64,000 nucleotides of DNA from Gemmatimonadaceae bacterium (GTDB taxonomy: Bacteria; Gemmatimonadota; Gemmatimonadetes; Gemmatimonadales; Gemmatimonadaceae): the NCBI GenBank assembly GCA_033763905.1, contig JANRJP010000096.1, positions 1 to 64,000 on the forward strand, given 5' to 3'. The stretch's first letter is position 1. Every line of letters starts with the position of its first letter. A program made the position numbers and the translations under genes. Shown one piece after another: positions 20,474 to 29,914 of the stretch. Below the pieces are notes generated by a model. The model made no database searches, was not told the origin of the DNA, and saw only the letters and a list, made by a program, of their open reading frames with translations.

Positions 20474-23400
20474 CGGCGATCTGCTCGGCGACGACTCGGC
20501 CGAGTTCATCGAGGTTGACGGGCTTCTGGAGCACGGCGGTGTCCCCCGGCAGGTCGAGTTCTTCTGGGAGCCGTTGCGCGTACCCGGTGATCAGCACCAC
20601 CGGCATCGCCGGCAGCTGGCGTCGGATTTCGCGGATCAGCAGATCCCCGGTCATCCCCGGCATCATCTGGTCGGTGACGACGGCATCCACCATCACGTTG
20701 CCGCGTGTCACCAGATCGAGTGCGGCGCGCGGATCGTCGAAGTCGTGCACCACGAAGCCCATCGCACGCAGGGCGCGCGCCGAGACCATCCGCACGGCGG
20801 GTTCATCGTCTACCAGCACTACGTGTTCGCCCGCCCCCAATCGCGGCAGCAGCGTGCCGCGGCCGTCCGACGCACGCGCGGGCTGATCGGCGCCCACCGC
20901 GTCGTCAGCGGCGCGCGGCAAGCGTAGCTCGAACCGTGTGCCGACGCCCGCCGTGCTCTCGACCTGCACGGTGCCTCCGTGGGACGTGATGATGCCGTGC
21001 AGCACGGCAAGGCCGAGCCCGGTGCCTTCGCCCACCGACTTGGTCGTGAAGAACGGCTCAAAGATCCGCTCACGCACCTCGGGCGGAATGCCGGTGCCCG
21101 TGTCCGCGACGGTCACCACGACCCAGTCGTCGCCCTCTGCGCCCTGCGCCTCGTCGACGCGGACCGTGAGGACGCCGCCGTTGGTGCGCCGCATCGCGTG
21201 CTCCGCATTCGTAAGCAAGTTCAAGATGGCCTGCTGCAACTGCGTGGAGTCCCCAAGCACCACCGCCGGACGCTCCGGCGCACTGACGCGCAGTTCCACG
21301 CTCGCGGGAATCGCCGCCCGAGCCATATCGCGCAGGCCATACACCAGGGCGCCCACGTCCACGCGCTCCGTACGCGCGCGAGTGCGTCGGCTGAACGTCA
21401 GCATCTGCCGCACGAGATCCCGCGCGCGGTCGGAGGCTGTGAGCACCTGCTTGAGCTCCTGTTGCACCGTGGCGCCATTCCGCCCGAGTTCGATCGCCAA
21501 CTCGGTGTTGCCGCGGATGACCGACAGCAGGTTGTTGAAGTCGTGCGCGATGCCACCGGCCAAGGTGCCGATCGACTCGAGCTTTTGTGCTTCGCGCAAT
21601 TGATTCTCGAGCTGGATCCGCTCGGCCTCGGCAGCGCGGACGGCACTCAGATCGCGGAGTACCAGATGTTCGAGGGACCCCGACGCCGTGGGAATCGTCG
21701 TCCGCGTCTGTTCGACCGGCACCTCGGTGCCATCAGCTCGCAGGATGATCCGCTCGATGGCGCCGGTGTCGGCGGCACCGCCGGTGACGTTCCCGCCCGA
21801 CGTATGGCGCGTCAGGTGTGACGCCCGCTCCATCAGCGCCACGAGATCCTTCACGCCGAACAGCCGCTTCGCGGCTTCATTCGCCGCAATGAGCGTGTCG
21901 CCTTCGAACAGCAGATGCCCGTCGGCGGAACGGTCGAAGAGCGATCGGAACTTGCGCTCGCTTTCGAGCAGCGCGCGCTCGTTGCGCTCCAGGTCTTCGG
22001 CCCGCGTCTTGAGCACCTGCACCCGCGCGCGATACGCCAGGGTCGCGATCGCGCCGAGGAGGGCGAGCACCGCCAGTCGCACCGGCCAGCTCTGCCACCA
22101 ATGCGGCGCGACGCGGAAGGCGAAGGGCGTGAGCACCGCTTCGCGGCCGCGCCAGTCGCGCGCCCGGGCGTGCAGCTCGTACCAGCCCGGGCGGAGCGCG
22201 CCGAACGTGTACGTCGTGCGAGGCGAGAACGCCGAGGGGGGCAGATCGCTTCCACGCAGCTCGATCGAATACGTGGTGTTGTACTCGCGATGATAGCTCT
22301 CGAGCGCGAGCTCGACGCTCACGGCGCCCCATCCAGCGGGAACCACCGCGCCCGAGGTGAGCGGTTCCGCACGCTCGCCGGCCGTCACTCGCACGACGAG
22401 CGGTGCGGGCGTCGTCGCGGGAGCAAAGCGTGGATCTGCCGGCGCCGGCACGTGGCCCAATCCGCGCACCGTACCCACCCACACGCCACCCGCGCCGTCC
22501 GGCAGCAGACTCATCGCGTCACTCGAGGGCAAACCATCTTCCTCGGCGTAGTGCGACTCCACCCGCAGCGAGTCCGGCGCCAGAAAACGGAATGCCGCCA
22601 CGCCTTCGGGACCGGCAATGTAGAGTCGATTCCCGGTCGCAGCGGCAGACCAGACATAGTTGCCGACGATCCCCGGATGCGTCGAGGCGTTCACTTCGTG
22701 CCACGGCCCGTTCGGGAGGCGCCGCCACGCGAAGCCCCGTGCGGCCGACGACACCGTCAACACCTCCCGACCATCGAGCGTGACGACGCGCACATCGTTA
22801 AGGAGCGAGTTCCCGAGCGGAAAGCCTGCGTCCCGTCGCCACGCGCCCTTGGCATCCCGCGCGTACAGTCCGGTGCTCGCGGAGGCCCACCACACGCCAT
22901 CGGCCGTCACCGCCACACCGGTCACTTGCGTCGCGGCCAACGCGGTGTCGCGGACCCAGCGCCGACCGGTCCACTCGTAGAGCCCGTTGTCGCCGGCGCC
23001 AAAGAAACGTTGTTCCGTCGCGCGCGCTCCCGGTGCCGTCGCAAAGGCCAAGAGCGGCCGCGCACCGAGGCCCAGGGTTTCTGCACGCCACGCGTTGCCC
23101 TGCTGCACCGCCGGCCCGCGGGGCGTACTCGCCCAGAACTCTCGGCCCGCCGGCGTCTGCCGCTCGGCGAAGGCCAGCACCGTCGAGGCAGGCAGGCCGG
23201 GAGCGCCAAACCCCGAGAGCGTGCCGCTACGCAGTCGCACCGCGCCGGTCCCGACGGCACCGAGCCACAGTTCGTCCCGTCCATCATCGGCACGCCGACG
23301 GTGCATCGACCGCAGAAACTTCTGCGACAGGGTGCCCGGCAGCTCGATGCCCATCGCGGGTCCAAGCGACAACCGCGCAAGCCGATCGCCACGCATCCCC

Positions 23401-24371
23401 ACGTAGACCGCCGGTTCGCCGGTTGGTGAGGGCACCGACGCGAGCGCGATGATCGGCGATTGCCGCCCGCGTGGCGTGACCTGCACGGTGTCCCACTGCC
23501 CGTGACTCTGACGGCGCAACAGCAGCCCGGACCGCGACCCGACCCACAGCTCGCGCTCGCCACTGGCGCGCGTCACCGGCAGCAGTCGGTACGCCGGCAC
23601 CCGCGGCATATCGATCGCACGCCACCGACCGTTCCGGCGCTCGAACACACCTTCATCGCCGACCGCCCACAACTCGGCGTCGAAATCCGGCGGCGCCACC
23701 ACCAACTGCTCGACCCCAACCATCGGAAACCCGGTGCTGCGCGAATCGACGAACCATCGCCCGTTCTCATAGCGCGCCACGCCATCGGACGCCGAGGCGA
23801 CCCACAGCGTGTGCCGCTCATCGCGATGCGTTTCGGCGACCATCAAGCCGACGGCGGTGAAGCCTGCGGGCAGCGGGACCGGCACGAAGCCTGCCCCCGT
23901 CCAGCGCGCAATCCCCGAACTCGCCCCGATGACGACCGTGGCTTCGCCGAAGACGTGCGTCACCGCGATGGAGTAGACCGTCCCGTCGGGTACGCCCCCG
24001 GTCCGTTGATCGAAGAACTCCCACTCCGTGCCACGACGCCGCTCCACCCCCGCGCGCCCCACCGACCATTGCCAGCCGTCGAACTCGACGAAGCCGCGCG
24101 TATGGCGCTTCTCGCCGTCCGGCGCATCGACCTCGACCCATCGCCGGCCGGTATACTTCGATGTCCCCTCGTCGTGGCCAACGTAGAGCGCGCCGTCCGA
24201 CGACTGCCACACGGCGAACACGCTGGACTGCGTCAGTCCGTCGCGCGGCGCGAACCACTGCACCGACACGTCATCGGTGCGCAGGCCCGCGATCGGTGAC
24301 GCCCACTGCGCCGCGGCGCGGTCGGCCGCGAGGCCGCCGCACAACAGGGTGCCGAGCACGACACGACGCAC
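20457..24371 (-). CDS. Hybrid sensor histidine kinase with periplasmic beta-propeller/Y_Y_Y-like region, PAS, HisKA, HATPase and REC
   Basis: GTG 24371 with GGAG upstream. DGLTQSSV and DGLPSS propeller repeats, APHWWQSW before the TM, AHDFNN, NAEHA, DTGTG, FFTTK..GTGLGL, receiver DDE/D/K. Confidence 0.92.
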   Translation of the reverse strand: MRRVVLGTLLCGGLAADRAAAQWASPIAGLRTDDVSVQWFAPRDGLTQSSVFAVWQSSDGALYVGHDEGTSKYTGRRWVEVDAPDGEKRHTRGFVEFDGWQWSVGRAGVERRRGTEWEFFDQRTGGVPDGTVYSIAVTHVFGEATVVIGASSGIARWTGAGFVPVPLPAGFTAVGLMVAETHRDERHTLWVASASDGVARYENGRWFVDSRSTGFPMVGVEQLVVAPPDFDAELWAVGDEGVFERRNGRWRAIDMPRVPAYRLLPVTRASGERELWVGSRSGLLLRRQSHGQWDTVQVTPRGRQSPIIALASVPSPTGEPAVYVGMRGDRLARLSLGPAMGIELPGTLSQKFLRSMHRRRADDGRDELWLGAVGTGAVRLRSGTLSGFGAPGLPASTVLAFAERQTPAGREFWASTPRGPAVQQGNAWRAETLGLGARPLLAFATAPGARATEQRFFGAGDNGLYEWTGRRWVRDTALAATQVTGVAVTADGVWWASASTGLYARDAKGAWRRDAGFPLGNSLLNDVRVVTLDGREVLTVSSAARGFAWRRLPNGPWHEVNASTHPGIVGNYVWSAAATGNRLYIAGPEGVAAFRFLAPDSLRVESHYAEEDGLPSSDAMSLLPDGAGGVWVGTVRGLGHVPAPADPRFAPATTPAPLVVRVTAGERAEPLTSGAVVPAGWGAVSVELALESYHREYNTTYSIELRGSDLPPSAFSPRTTYTFGALRPGWYELHARARDWRGREAVLTPFAFRVAPHWWQSWPVRLAVLALLGAIATLAYRARVQVLKTRAEDLERNERALLESERKFRSLFDRSADGHLLFEGDTLIAANEAAKRLFGVKDLVALMERASHLTRHTSGGNVTGGAADTGAIERIILRADGTEVPVEQTRTTIPTASGSLEHLVLRDLSAVRAAEAERIQLENQLREAQKLESIGTLAGGIAHDFNNLLSVIRGNTELAIELGRNGATVQQELKQVLTASDRARDLVRQMLTFSRRTRARTERVDVGALVYGLRDMARAAIPASVELRVSAPERPAVVLGDSTQLQQAILNLLTNAEHAMRRTNGGVLTVRVDEAQGAEGDDWVVVTVADTGTGIPPEVRERIFEPFFTTKSVGEGTGLGLAVLHGIITSHGGTVQVESTAGVGTRFELRLPRAADDAVGADQPARASDGRGTLLPRLGAGEHVVLVDDEPAVRMVSARALRAMGFVVHDFDDPRAALDLVTRGNVMVDAVVTDQMMPGMTGDLLIREIRRQLPAMPVVLITGYAQRLPEELDLPGDTAVLQKPVNLDELGRVVAEQIAASVPE

Positions 24372-24382
24372 GACGGCTCCGC

Positions 24383-25300
24383 TTAGCGCGCGGGGCCCGT
24401 GCTGACCGGGGCGTCGGTGAGGCGGCTCCACTCCTGAAAGCTGCCGTCATAGACGCGGGCCTCGCGGCCAGCGAGCCGCGCCGCAAACCACAACAGGCTC
24501 GCCTGCTGCCCGACGTGGCAGTACGTCACCACCGGCGTCCCCTTGGCGGCCCCGGCGGCCGCAAGGAGTCGGTCGATCGTCTTCGGATCGCGCAGACGGC
24601 CGAGCTCACGCGTCAGGGTGTTGAAGGGCACGTTGGCCGCCCCCTGAATGCGCCCGGCACGCGGGAAGCCGTTGTTCGCGACGCCGGTGAAGAACTCCGG
24701 CAGTCGGGCATCCAGCAGCTGCGCCCCCCCTGAACCGACGATGCCGCGCACCTCGGCGGCCGTGGCAAGGACCCGCGTGGCATCCGTGAGCGTCGGCACG
24801 GTAACGCCGACCGCCGGGACTTCCGTGGTCATCGGTCGCATCGCCTCGCGCCACGCCTCGATGCCGCCGTCCAGCACGGAGGCGCGCGCGTCGAGGCCGG
24901 TCGCAGCGAGCGTGAGCAGGAACCGCGTCGCGGGAATCGGCGCGCCCACGATGATCACGCGCGACGTGTTGCTGATCCCGGCGCGCCCGAACACGCGTGC
25001 CAGCGAATCGCGGGGGGGCAATTCGGTGCGCAGACTGTCCGCGCTCGTGACGGCATATCCGGCGAAGGGAATGAAGCGCGCGCCCGGGATGTGCCCAGCG
25101 TCGTACTCCGCTTTATCGAACGCGACGTGCACGACCACCAAGTCGGGCTGCGGCAGACGGCGCGCGAGCCACGCCTCGGTGACCAGCAGCGGGGCCGGGG
25201 GATCATCAGCGGCGCGCGGCTGCGCCGTCACGTCGGGGACAGCGCCCAGCGCGAGCAGGGTCGCGCCCGCAAGGGCCAAGGAGCGAAGATGAGAGCGCAT
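24383..25300 (-). CDS. Exported tandem rhodanese/sulfurtransferase
   Basis: Signal peptide from ATG 25300; YDAGHIPGA, LDGG, LLDAR, GRIQGA, active-site loop YCHVGQQA, YDGSFQEWS. Confidence 0.9.
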   Translation of the reverse strand: MRSHLRSLALAGATLLALGAVPDVTAQPRAADDPPAPLLVTEAWLARRLPQPDLVVVHVAFDKAEYDAGHIPGARFIPFAGYAVTSADSLRTELPPRDSLARVFGRAGISNTSRVIIVGAPIPATRFLLTLAATGLDARASVLDGGIEAWREAMRPMTTEVPAVGVTVPTLTDATRVLATAAEVRGIVGSGGAQLLDARLPEFFTGVANNGFPRAGRIQGAANVPFNTLTRELGRLRDPKTIDRLLAAAGAAKGTPVVTYCHVGQQASLLWFAARLAGREARVYDGSFQEWSRLTDAPVSTGPAR

Positions 25301-25392
25301 GCGCAGGAACGTACGAGCGCAATCCCACAGGGGCGAGGGGACCGGACGCCCCGCGCAGTGTACTATTCGGTTCCGCCGTCCCGCCCCGACCG

Positions 25393-26265
25393 ATGCCACG
25401 TCTTCCGCTGCTCTGCCTTCTTGGTGCGCTCGCCGCCTGCAACGGTGCTGACGCCGACGCCAGCCCCGAACGCCCGGCCCTGCCGCCCGGGATGCTTCCG
25501 GGCAGCCAGCTGACGAACGCCGACGCCCCGCCGCCGTCGGTCCCCTTCGAAAGCGCGACGCCGCGCTACGGGCTCAAGGTGCTGCGCCGCCATCCGCACG
25601 ACACCGATGCCTATACGCAGGGGCTGGTGCTGATGGGGAATCGCCTGCTCGAAAGTGTGGGCCGGTACGGGCAGTCGGACGTTCGCGAGGTGACGATCGC
25701 GAATGGCGGCATCGCGCGGCGGACTCGAATGGACGACGCCTACTTCGGCGAAGGCCTCGCGGCGGTCGGCAATCGGCTTTACCAGCTCACGTGGCGCGCC
25801 GAGAAGGGCTTTGTGTACGACGGGAAGACGCTCGCCGTCGTCGATAGCTTTGCCTACCGCGGCGAAGGATGGGGTCTGGCCAGCGATGGGCAGTCGCTGT
25901 TCATCAGCGACGGCTCGCCCGAGATTCGGGTGCTGTCGTTGCCCGGCTACGCCGTGACGCGCACGATCCGCGTCACCGAAGGCTCCACGCCAGTGCCCGC
26001 GCTCAACGAACTCGAGTTCGTGGACGGCGAGCTGTGGGCGAACGTGTACCAGACCCGCTGGATTGCGCGCATCGACCCGGCCTCGGGCGCCGTGAAGGGG
26101 TGGATCGACACCGACGGCATCCTGACCGCCGCCGAAGCACAGACGGTCAACGCGGCGGGCGGCGTGCCGAACGGCATTGCGTACGATGCCGCGTCGAAGA
26201 AGCTCTATGTGACCGGCAAGCTCTGGCCGGTGCTCGCGCAGGTCGAGGTTACCGCGCGGCGCTGA
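25393..26265 (+). CDS. Glutaminyl-peptide cyclotransferase (type I, beta-propeller), lipoprotein
   Basis: Lipobox LAAC; PHDTDAYTQGL, ESVG.YG.S, FGEG, QLTW, GEGWGL, LNELE, ANVY, NGIAYD, TGKLWP. Confidence 0.93.
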   Translation: MPRLPLLCLLGALAACNGADADASPERPALPPGMLPGSQLTNADAPPPSVPFESATPRYGLKVLRRHPHDTDAYTQGLVLMGNRLLESVGRYGQSDVREVTIANGGIARRTRMDDAYFGEGLAAVGNRLYQLTWRAEKGFVYDGKTLAVVDSFAYRGEGWGLASDGQSLFISDGSPEIRVLSLPGYAVTRTIRVTEGSTPVPALNELEFVDGELWANVYQTRWIARIDPASGAVKGWIDTDGILTAAEAQTVNAAGGVPNGIAYDAASKKLYVTGKLWPVLAQVEVTARR

Positions 26266-26995
26266 GTTCGCGACGCAGCTCGTCTCGCGCGGCCAGGATC
26301 ACGGTCTTCACCCGCTCCCGCAGGCCGGCGAGATCATCGAGCGTCAGGCCGGCCGTTTCGATCGGGGCCAGCACCCGAACCCGGGCCCGCGCCTTTTGAA
26401 ACCGGAAGGTGCCCTTGGCCATCGCATCGCGCGTCCCGGCGACCACCATCGGCAGAATCGGCGCGCCAGTCTCGATCGCCAGCCGGAACGCCCCGTCCTT
26501 GAACGGCAGCATCTCGCCGTCGCGTGAGCGCGTCCCCTCGGGAAAGATCATCACGCTGACGCGCTTGTTCAGCCGGTCGCGGGCCGCCGCCATCGCCTGC
26601 ACCACGCTGGTGCGCTCGCCGCGACGCAACTGGATGTCCCCTGCCATCCGCATCATCCAGCCGAAGCAGGGAATCTTGAACATCGTCTCCTTCGAGATCC
26701 ACTTCATCTCCCAGGGGAGATGCGAGATCAGGAAGATGTCGGCGTAGGACTCGTGGTTCGAAACCGCAACGTAGGGCCGCCGTGGATCGGTGACCATCTC
26801 GCCCGAGATCTCAAAGCGCCACAGTGGATTCAATCGCACCGACGTGACGCCGAGCAGTCGGAAGGCCCGACCGGCGGCGTAGCGCCCCCGATCGAACGGC
26901 GCCGTCAGCAGCCACGTCAGCGCAACCACCGGCGTGCCGATGATCACGAGACTCACGGTTTCCACCCAGGCCCACCAGTTCAACAGCGTCAGCAT
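26249..26995 (-). CDS. plsC: 1-acyl-sn-glycerol-3-phosphate acyltransferase
   Basis: NHESYAD (HxxxxD), FPEGTRS, FKDGAF. ATG 26995. Confidence 0.9.
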   Translation of the reverse strand: MLTLLNWWAWVETVSLVIIGTPVVALTWLLTAPFDRGRYAAGRAFRLLGVTSVRLNPLWRFEISGEMVTDPRRPYVAVSNHESYADIFLISHLPWEMKWISKETMFKIPCFGWMMRMAGDIQLRRGERTSVVQAMAAARDRLNKRVSVMIFPEGTRSRDGEMLPFKDGAFRLAIETGAPILPMVVAGTRDAMAKGTFRFQKARARVRVLAPIETAGLTLDDLAGLRERVKTVILAARDELRRELSAAR

Positions 26996-27047
26996 CCGGG
27001 AAAGATAGCGACGCTCGACATTGCGGGCGTCTGTGACAGATTTCGGT

Positions 27048-27437
27048 ATGTCACGATATCTGCTGCTGCTCGCCCTCGCCGCCGTCGGCTGCGGGGAATC
27101 GCTCGACCAACGCATTGACCGTGCGATGGACGGATGCGTCGCCGCCCGCAACCCGGTGTTCGTGGCAGGCGGCGGTGAGACCGCGCTCGATACGCCCTTG
27201 CCGCCGGCCGTCGATTCGCTCGCGAGCACCCTGGCCTACAAGTATCCGTTCGAAGTCTTCCGGGAGATTGCGACGACGGCGAAGACGCAGGCGATTCTGA
27301 CCTGTGCGCTCGAACTCGGCGCGCGATACGATGACTGGGAGACGCGGCAGTGGCTGCGCACGTACCAGCAGCATCCGTCACCCGCGGTCGCGATCGCGGC
27401 GACGCGGCTCCTCGGCCCTGCCGCGTCGAAGCGCTGA
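27048..27437 (+). CDS. Hypothetical lipoprotein
   Basis: MSRYLLLLALAAVGC lipobox; helical body; divergent from plsC. Confidence 0.65.
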   Translation: MSRYLLLLALAAVGCGESLDQRIDRAMDGCVAARNPVFVAGGGETALDTPLPPAVDSLASTLAYKYPFEVFREIATTAKTQAILTCALELGARYDDWETRQWLRTYQQHPSPAVAIAATRLLGPAASKR

Positions 27438-29906
27438 CCCCACGGCATCCAGCAGCTGCGCCGACGAGAATGGCTTCTCGACGACGGCGTGTACCATTTC
27501 GGCAAGTGACGCGCCGCCCACGGACGCCGAGGCGTATCCGGTGATGCAGACCACCGGCACCTCCGCGCGCGTGCGCTGCAGGGCCTCGACGACGTCGCGC
27601 CCGGAGACGACCGGCATCATCAAGTCCGTCACGACCACATCGAACACTCGTGACGGATCCTCGGCGATGATGATCGCTTCGGCTCCGCTGGGCACGTCGA
27701 TCACCGCATAGCCGCCGCGCTCCAGCATCCGCTGCGCCACGCGTCGCACATCGTCCTCGTCGTCTACGAGCAACACAATCGCGCGCGCCGCGGCCGGCGG
27801 CTCCGTCGGCCGATCGAGGGTGCTGCCGGTGGCGACCGCATCGTGCCGCGGCAGTTCCACCCGCATCGTCGTGCCAACCCCGACGACCGAGGATGCGCGC
27901 ACCGTGCCGCCCGAGCGACGCACGATGGCGTCGACCATCGCCAGCCCCAGACCGGTGCCCCGACCGGGCGCCTTGGTCGTGAAGAACGGCGTGAAGATCT
28001 GCGCCAACACGTCCGAGGGAATGCCGGCGCCGGTGTCTTGCACCTCCAGCACGACGCATCCGGGCGCGTCGCCGGCCACGCCCGCTCGCCACCGAATCGT
28101 GATGGCGCCTCCCTCGGGCATCGCGTCGCGTGCGTTGGTCACCAGGTTCGTCACCACTTGCTCGACCTGCGCGCGGTCGGCAACGAAGGGCAGCGGCCCG
28201 TCGGGGACATCGACCGTCAGCGTGATCGACGGCGGCAGCAGCGGCGCGAGCATCGGGGTGAGGCCGACCGCGATGTCGCGCGCATCGAGTGACTCCCGCC
28301 GACCGACCGAGGTCCCGCTGAAGCCGAGCAGTTGGCGCGTAATCGCCGCGCCGCGATCCGCCGCGGCTTGGATGTTCGCCACATCCCCGGCGCCCGGGTG
28401 CGTGGGATCGAGATCTTCGGCGATCAAATCGGCGTAGCCTCGCACTGCGGCGAGCGCGTTGTTGTACGCGTGTGCCACGCGGCCGGCCATTTCGCTCACT
28501 GCGTGCAGCTTCTGCGAGTGCCGGAGTCGAGCCTCGAGTTGCAGCTCATCCGTCAAGTCGCGCGCGGTAACCACCCACCCCTGCACATCGGGATCGTGCC
28601 GACGATCCTGGCCACGCAGATCGAAGGTGCGCGCGCTGCCGTCCGCTCGAGGGATGGTGACTCGCAGACTGCCCGCCTCCGGGCCCAACTGCTCGAGCCA
28701 CTGCTTGAACCGCGCCCCGTCGTACTCCGCCAGATACGACGCAAAGTCCACATCGGGGGCACCGATGCCTGCCTCGGCGCCCGATGGGCTCGCGTAGCGC
28801 GTGCGACCGTCCGGCGCGACCACGATGATTACGTCGCGCGCGCGTTCCACCACCGCACGGAACCGCGACGCACTCAACGCCAAGTCGCGGGTGAGTTGGC
28901 GATTCTCGGCGATCTCCACGCGCTGCCGCACGAGCAGCAGCACCGTCATCGCCGCTGACGCGATCGCGATTGGCAACGCATCGGCACTCCCCTCTCGTCC
29001 GGCGGAGATGATCAGCAGAACGTACGACGCCCCGACAAAGACCGACGGCGCAATGCCGCTGGGGTAGCGCACCGGCCGTGCCGGCGAGAGCCGCGGAGCG
29101 GTCAGTGGCAGGAACAGCGACGCGGTCGCGCGACGCGGCGTAGGCGCGGCGTTCGCATCGGCGGGCTCCAGCAGGGACCGCGCACGCGCGGCCGAGCGCC
29201 ATTCGAACACCCAGGACGCGAAGAACAGCAGGTCGACCCAGTGACCAGGCAGGTAGATCCCCGCGTTCGCATCAAACGCGTACGACGAGATCGCGTCGAG
29301 CACCCCCGAGGCCAGCAGCAGGGCGATCCACGCTCGGCGTCCTTCGCCGGCAGCGCGCACGTAGGCGACGGCAAGGCCGGTCAGTCGCACCCATTCGCCG
29401 ACGGCCGCCATCACCGACGTTGCACTCATCGGTTCGGGGCGAAGCAGCGCCGGCCGGATCGTGAACTGCCAGCAAATCGCCAGCATCGCAATGACGAACA
29501 ACGCCACATCGAGCCGTGCGCGGTAGTCACGCCAGGACAACGCTCGCCCGCGGCGGAACTGCAGGACACCGATCGTCCAGAGCCACGGGCTCAACAAGTG
29601 CAGCGCGTCCACCAGCGTCGTGTCGTCACCGCGCGACAAGGCGATGGTCCACCAGACGCCGGTCAGCCAGGATACGGCGCTTCCGGCAGACAGCCACTGC
29701 CACGCCCGTCGCTCATCCCGAGACGCCGAGGGGTGCCGAGAGAGTCGCCATTCGGTCCCCAGCACCACGGCGCCCAGCGCGAAGTAGCTCGCGTCGACCA
29801 CGACCGCGAGCACTGACGGCCGTGGCACGATCACCAGCGCCACGCACCAGAGGACGATGTAGCCCCACACGATGCGCTCAGCAGTCCGGCGTCCGGTCGT
29901 CGACAT
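27378..29906 (-). CDS. Membrane-bound hybrid histidine kinase (multi-TM sensor, PAS, HisKA, HATPase, REC) with atypical H-box HAYNN
   Basis: About 9 TMs, PAS, AGRVAHAYNN, NLVTNARDAM, DTGAG, FFTTK..GTGLGL, receiver VDDE/TD/TG/KP. Confidence 0.92.
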   Translation of the reverse strand: MSTTGRRTAERIVWGYIVLWCVALVIVPRPSVLAVVVDASYFALGAVVLGTEWRLSRHPSASRDERRAWQWLSAGSAVSWLTGVWWTIALSRGDDTTLVDALHLLSPWLWTIGVLQFRRGRALSWRDYRARLDVALFVIAMLAICWQFTIRPALLRPEPMSATSVMAAVGEWVRLTGLAVAYVRAAGEGRRAWIALLLASGVLDAISSYAFDANAGIYLPGHWVDLLFFASWVFEWRSAARARSLLEPADANAAPTPRRATASLFLPLTAPRLSPARPVRYPSGIAPSVFVGASYVLLIISAGREGSADALPIAIASAAMTVLLLVRQRVEIAENRQLTRDLALSASRFRAVVERARDVIIVVAPDGRTRYASPSGAEAGIGAPDVDFASYLAEYDGARFKQWLEQLGPEAGSLRVTIPRADGSARTFDLRGQDRRHDPDVQGWVVTARDLTDELQLEARLRHSQKLHAVSEMAGRVAHAYNNALAAVRGYADLIAEDLDPTHPGAGDVANIQAAADRGAAITRQLLGFSGTSVGRRESLDARDIAVGLTPMLAPLLPPSITLTVDVPDGPLPFVADRAQVEQVVTNLVTNARDAMPEGGAITIRWRAGVAGDAPGCVVLEVQDTGAGIPSDVLAQIFTPFFTTKAPGRGTGLGLAMVDAIVRRSGGTVRASSVVGVGTTMRVELPRHDAVATGSTLDRPTEPPAAARAIVLLVDDEDDVRRVAQRMLERGGYAVIDVPSGAEAIIIAEDPSRVFDVVVTDLMMPVVSGRDVVEALQRTRAEVPVVCITGYASASVGGASLAEMVHAVVEKPFSSAQLLDAVGSALRRGRAEEPRRRDRDRG

Positions 29907-29914
29907 CGACGGCC

